From a candidate division WWE3 bacterium (GTDB lineage: Bacteria > Patescibacteriota > 4484-211 > GCA-002791395): a stretch of 64,000 bases of DNA. The stretch lies in the NCBI GenBank assembly GCA_013335095.1, contig JAAXWF010000002.1, forward strand, positions 269,566 through 333,565. Direction: 5' to 3'. The position numbers and the translations under genes were made by a program. The notes beneath the pieces are model-generated. The model made no database searches. It was not told where the DNA came from and was given only the letters and a program-made list of their open reading frames with translations. Of this stretch, positions 57,716 through 64,000 are shown one piece after another. The number at the start of each line of letters is the position of its first letter. The stretch's first letter is position 1.

Positions 57716-59422
57716 TTATTCTTGAATAACTCGTAAGACTTCTTCAAGCGGAGTTTGACCGTTAATAACTTTTAAGAATCCATCCTGAATCATCCGTACC
57801 ATACCTTCGGAAACAGCCTGTTTTTCAACGACATCGGCGGTTTCTCTTTCAAGCACTAAACGACCGACTTTCTCTGACATCGGTAGAACTTCATAAATTC
57901 CCATTCGTCCTAAATATTCTTTTCCGTTCTCGGCATCAGCCTTTAGTCGTGAAAGCATGAGTTCGCCTTCTTTTATTTCTTTCGGAAATAATGGCCCCAA
58001 GGCATTTCGGATCATTTGCTCAGTTTCTTCACCTGGATTATATTTTTCGGTCATCTCGGGATTTAGTACGCGCACCAGTCGCTGGCCAACAACCAACTGT
58101 ATCGTCGAAGCAAGAAGAAATGGTTCGGCACCCATATCAAGCATACGAGGAAGTGCACCCGCCGCCGAATTAGTGTGGATTGTCGAAAATACTAAGTGAC
58201 CAGTTAGGGATGCCTGAATCGCTAAGTCAAGGGTTTCTTTATCTCGGATTTCTCCAACCATTATCACATTCGGATCTTGCCGTAACAGGGCACGTAGTCC
58301 ATTCGCAAACGTTAAACCAGCTTTTGGATTAATCTGACTTTGATTCACACCAGGAATCGTGTACTCAACCGGATCTTCGAGTGTAGAAATATTTACCTCA
58401 ACTTTGTTTATCATAGTCAATGCAGTACGCAAAGTTGTCGTCTTACCACTACCGGTTGGACCGGTGATCAAGATAATACCATCACTCTTTTGAATCGCCG
58501 TTTGAAAATTCTTACGTGCAGTACCGATCATACCCAACTCATCAAGCGTTAATACTCGAGCACTTTTACGCAGCAATCGCATAACAACTTTTTCACCATT
58601 CGAAACGGGTAGGGTAGACACACGAAGATCAACGCTATCCTTACCAGCAGTGAATGAAAATCGTCCATCTTGAGGAACACGTTTTTCATCAATCTTCAAA
58701 TCTGACAAAATTTTGATACGCGATATCACTGCATCATGAACTCGTTTTGGGAGCGATAACCGTTCACGTAACACACCATCTAGACGAAATCGAACCCGAC
58801 TCCGATCCTCAAGCGGTTCGATGTGCACATCCGATGCCTTTGCTTTTATCGCATACTCCAAGATCGTAGAAACGATACGCGCAACCGGAGCAGAGTTGAC
58901 CAGTTCCTGAGCTTTATCAAGTGACGCTAGTTCTTGTTCGACTTTCTTTGTCTCTGATTCGGTTTCCTTTAATGCAGCATTAACCTCTTTTTCCATTCCG
59001 ACGTTATAGTTTTGATTGATCGACTTGATAATTTCTTCAGGCACAGCAAGAAGTGGTTCGATCTTTGTACCCGTCTTAGCCTCCAAAAATTCAATCACTT
59101 GAAGATCAAGAGGATCCTTCATAGCTACCTGTAACTTTCCATCCGCTTCACGAATTGGAACTAACGTATAATGTCGTGCAACTGATTCTGGGATTTTAAC
59201 TAGAACATCAGAAGATACCGTGGTAGTAGAAACATCAAAAAACGGAATTTTGAGCATCTCAGCACGAGCTTGAACAACTTGAGTTACGGTGACCCATCCC
59301 TTATCAAGCAATATCTGCTCCATATCTTGACCCGTGTTGATCTGCTCAACTTTGGCTTGAGAAGCTTGATCAGGAGTTAGACCACCTTGCTGAACTAATA
59401 TGTCGGCGAGATCTGTTTTCAC
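57716..59422 (-). CDS. pilB: Type IV pilus assembly ATPase PilB/GspE
   Basis: N-terminal MshEN/GspE-like region, ASDVHIEP, PQDGR, GPTGSGKTTT, LRQDP..IMVGEIRD; lacks the tetracysteine motif. Confidence 0.95.
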   Translation of the reverse strand: MKTDLADILVQQGGLTPDQASQAKVEQINTGQDMEQILLDKGWVTVTQVVQARAEMLKIPFFDVSTTTVSSDVLVKIPESVARHYTLVPIREADGKLQVAMKDPLDLQVIEFLEAKTGTKIEPLLAVPEEIIKSINQNYNVGMEKEVNAALKETESETKKVEQELASLDKAQELVNSAPVARIVSTILEYAIKAKASDVHIEPLEDRSRVRFRLDGVLRERLSLPKRVHDAVISRIKILSDLKIDEKRVPQDGRFSFTAGKDSVDLRVSTLPVSNGEKVVMRLLRKSARVLTLDELGMIGTARKNFQTAIQKSDGIILITGPTGSGKTTTLRTALTMINKVEVNISTLEDPVEYTIPGVNQSQINPKAGLTFANGLRALLRQDPNVIMVGEIRDKETLDLAIQASLTGHLVFSTIHTNSAAGALPRMLDMGAEPFLLASTIQLVVGQRLVRVLNPEMTEKYNPGEETEQMIRNALGPLFPKEIKEGELMLSRLKADAENGKEYLGRMGIYEVLPMSEKVGRLVLERETADVVEKQAVSEGMVRMIQDGFLKVINGQTPLEEVLRVIQE

Positions 59423-59447
59423 ACTCCCATGCTATACTTCTGTTAAT

Positions 59448-60131
59448 ATGGCGTCAAGCTCATACCTGCTCATAGATCCCGCTGGAGCAACCAGTCTTTC
59501 GTCTCATCCCGATAATTACATCATCAATAATCGATCCGGCTACGGAATAGATGAAATTCGAAAGTTTAATAGCTGGGTTCAACGTAAACCATTTTCGCGA
59601 CAGTATAAATTGGCCCTCATTATTCATGCCGAACATGTTAGCGTTGAAGGACAGAATGCGTTACTTAAAACGTTAGAGGAACCACCCCAACAAACGTTTA
59701 TTTTTTTATCAACCAAAAACAAGGAGTTACTTTTACCAACGATACTCAGCCGATGCCAAATGATTACACTAACAGAACTAACTCAAGGCAAAATCCCACA
59801 TCACCCAGACCAAGAAAGTTGGGAAAAAAATATCATCGAACAAGAGGTTTCCCATGATCCGATTGAACAATTTCCAGTTCTGCAATCGATGACTGACGTA
59901 TTTGAACAGGCGAAAAAGTATTCTTCAACAGACCGAATTCAACTTCAACAAGTATTCGAGGAATGGGGGAAACAAACGTTGGAAAACCCTAATACTGCTA
60001 ATTATCAATTAGCTGAATTCATCATCCAAGCCAAAGAGCATTTAACCCACAATACAAACGTACAACACACGTTAGAAGTTCTTTTTATGCAGGCTTTTAA
60101 CATCTCGACATCGAAAAATGAAGCTGTTTAA
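59448..60131 (+). CDS. holB: DNA polymerase III delta' subunit (truncated)
   Basis: GIDEIR, QNALLKTLEEPP, LLPTILSRC. Confidence 0.85.
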   Translation: MASSSYLLIDPAGATSLSSHPDNYIINNRSGYGIDEIRKFNSWVQRKPFSRQYKLALIIHAEHVSVEGQNALLKTLEEPPQQTFIFLSTKNKELLLPTILSRCQMITLTELTQGKIPHHPDQESWEKNIIEQEVSHDPIEQFPVLQSMTDVFEQAKKYSSTDRIQLQQVFEEWGKQTLENPNTANYQLAEFIIQAKEHLTHNTNVQHTLEVLFMQAFNISTSKNEAV

Positions 60132-60173
60132 CTTGTCCGAAGTAGAACCTAGATGCTAAAATGACACCGTCTT

Positions 60174-62198
60174 ATGGCCGAACCAAAATATTCCTCTTAT
60201 GATGCCAGTTCTATTCAAGTTCTCGAAGGATTAGAGCCAGTCCGCAAGCGTCCCGCCATGTATATAGGCGACACCGGTGTATATGGTTACCATCACCTTT
60301 TAACCGAAATCGTAAACAACTCAGTTGATGAAGCACTTAGTGGATATGCGGATACGATTTGGGTAATCCTCCATCCTAATAATGCAGTCACCGTAATAGA
60401 TAACGGCCGGGGAATGCCGTTTGACGAACACCCTCAGTACAAAAAAAGTGCCTTAGAGATAACAATGACAATCCTGCACTCAGGCGGAAAATTCTCTGGG
60501 GAAGGATATAAAGTTAGCGGAGGATTGCATGGAGTTGGCGTTTCGGTAGTAAACGCAGTCAGTGAACGAACGCGGGTCGAAATCAAACGTGGTAACGTTG
60601 TGGTTTCACAGGAATTCTCTCGAGGTGGGGTACATAAAGAATTTGAAAAGACTAAAGCAAAATCAGATCAGCTCGAAACCCCTGAATATTCAAAAATTTG
60701 GGAGTATAAACTTCAGAACTGGAAGGCAGAATCGGGAACAGCATTTACGTTTGTACCCGATGAAGAAATCTTTCCCTCGGTAAAAGAATTTGATTACGAT
60801 CGAATTAAGCGCCAATTACGTGATTATGCCTTTTTAACCGGAGGGGTCAAATTCCACCTTATCGACGAACGAGATGTAACAAAACCAGTTCGGGCTTATC
60901 AGTTTTATTTTGAGGGTGGTATTCAATCATTTGTAAAATATCTGAATCGTCAAAACCATCCAATCATGGCAACTCCGTTTTACGCCAATAAAGATGTCGT
61001 ACTTAATGAACAAACCGGAGAAACGGCACAAATCGAAATAGCCATGCAGTATCATGATGAATACACGTTTGATATCCTCTCGTTTGTAAACAATATCCAC
61101 ACACCCGAGGGTGGTACTCATGAAGCTGGATTTAAAACCGCATTAACTCGAGTAGTAAATGATTATTCCCGCAAAGAAGGTCTTATCGGCGAGAAAAGTG
61201 ACAATTTAACAGGGGATGACATCCGCGAAGGATTGACCGCAATTGTGTCGGTCAAAATGAACTCGAAGAACCTCCAATTTGAAGGACAAACCAAACAAAA
61301 ACTGGGTAATCCCGAGGTCCGTTCTGCTGTTGAAACAGTATTAAGCACCGCATTAAGTACCTATCTAGCAGAAAATCCAGCTGATGCAAAAACAATTATT
61401 CAAAAAGCAAACCTCGCACAACAAGCCCGCAACGCAGCGAAAAAAGCACGTGAAACAGTCTTACGAAAAAGCGCATTGGCATCGGCCAGTTTGCCTGGCG
61501 TTTTGGCTGATTGTAGAGAAAAAGAGCCACATAAAGCCGAAATATTTGTCGTTGAAGGAATTAGTGCTGGAGGAAGTGCAAAGCAAGCCCGAGATAGTCA
61601 GTTCCAAGCCGTACTACCACTCAGTGGTAAGCCAATCAACACCGAAAAGAATCGTCTCGATCGAGTGCTTGCAAACGAAAAATTACGCGACATGTTGGTA
61701 GCATTAGGCTGTGGAGTCGGTGAGGAAATTGATTTAGAAAATCTACGCTACCATCGAATAATCTTAATGGCCGATGCCGATGTTGATGGAGAACACATTA
61801 CGACATTGATCCTGACATTCCTTTTCCGTCAGCTTCGTGGACTAATAGAGCATGGATACGTGTATTTGGCTCAACCACCGTTGTTTACGGTTAAAGCAGG
61901 CAAAGAACATGCCCATGTATTCACCGAACAAGAACGAGACCTTGTAGTAGATCAGTACGTTGCCAAAGGATTTAAACGAGACAATATAAATATTCAGCGT
62001 TTTAAAGGTTTGGGAGAGATGAATGCTGAACAATTATGGGAAACAACAATGAACCCCGAAAATCGGATCTTAAAGAAAGTTTCTATTGATGACGCAATGA
62101 GTGCTGATCAGACATTTTCAATGCTCATGGGGGATGATGTATTACCGCGCAAGAGATTCATTCAAACCCATGCGCGAATGGCAAATCTTGATGTGTAA
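60174..62198 (+). CDS. gyrB: DNA gyrase subunit B
   Basis: EGLEPVRKRPAMYIG, GGLHGVG, FEGQTK, DADVDG.HI, QRFKGLGEM. Confidence 0.96.
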   Translation: MAEPKYSSYDASSIQVLEGLEPVRKRPAMYIGDTGVYGYHHLLTEIVNNSVDEALSGYADTIWVILHPNNAVTVIDNGRGMPFDEHPQYKKSALEITMTILHSGGKFSGEGYKVSGGLHGVGVSVVNAVSERTRVEIKRGNVVVSQEFSRGGVHKEFEKTKAKSDQLETPEYSKIWEYKLQNWKAESGTAFTFVPDEEIFPSVKEFDYDRIKRQLRDYAFLTGGVKFHLIDERDVTKPVRAYQFYFEGGIQSFVKYLNRQNHPIMATPFYANKDVVLNEQTGETAQIEIAMQYHDEYTFDILSFVNNIHTPEGGTHEAGFKTALTRVVNDYSRKEGLIGEKSDNLTGDDIREGLTAIVSVKMNSKNLQFEGQTKQKLGNPEVRSAVETVLSTALSTYLAENPADAKTIIQKANLAQQARNAAKKARETVLRKSALASASLPGVLADCREKEPHKAEIFVVEGISAGGSAKQARDSQFQAVLPLSGKPINTEKNRLDRVLANEKLRDMLVALGCGVGEEIDLENLRYHRIILMADADVDGEHITTLILTFLFRQLRGLIEHGYVYLAQPPLFTVKAGKEHAHVFTEQERDLVVDQYVAKGFKRDNINIQRFKGLGEMNAEQLWETTMNPENRILKKVSIDDAMSADQTFSMLMGDDVLPRKRFIQTHARMANLDV

Positions 62199-62246
62199 TA
62201 TTTTCTGATCATCGAAGAGATGGTACAATTGAGAGCGATAACAGCT

Positions 62247-64000
<1,754 letters not shown>

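Overview
A 64 kb chromosomal segment from what looks like a Patescibacteria (CPR) genome, probably Microgenomates-like. This is inferred from the compact gene set, truncated ThrS, PheT and HolB, a large type IV pilus cluster, and mostly SD-less, near-leaderless core genes. Housekeeping content: trigger factor 3' end, tRNA-Val(GAC), T-box-thrS-infC-rpmI-rplT-pheS-pheT, manC, PBP1A, rsmD-rpmF-nusB-rnc-rpsP-khpA, pilMNO/minor pilins/pilD/pilA/pilC/pilT/pilB, holB, and gyrB-ppaC-gyrA (partial). The left half carries GH1, a dockerin-bearing glycoside hydrolase, ABC/MacAB/MFS transporters, two histidine kinases and a GtrAB/GT-C set. The most unusual signal is about ten stand-alone ORFan 'cassettes' scattered between core genes. 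They are visibly GC-richer, and each has its own sigma70-like promoter, a strong SD and a GC-rich terminator hairpin; most have a ~30-45 nt -10-to-start spacing. Three unrelated cassettes begin with the same 16-nt motif (CCCATAGCRTTTGACT), and three others form a diverged paralog family. Also seen: a candidate CRP/FNR-box-controlled sRNA, a structured leader RNA, a pilin-leader/I9-like fusion, a multi-stop pseudogene and non-canonical gyrase QRDR motifs. No CRISPR array, integrase, transposase or reverse transcriptase is visible. Family assignments are from motif recognition by eye, not database searches.
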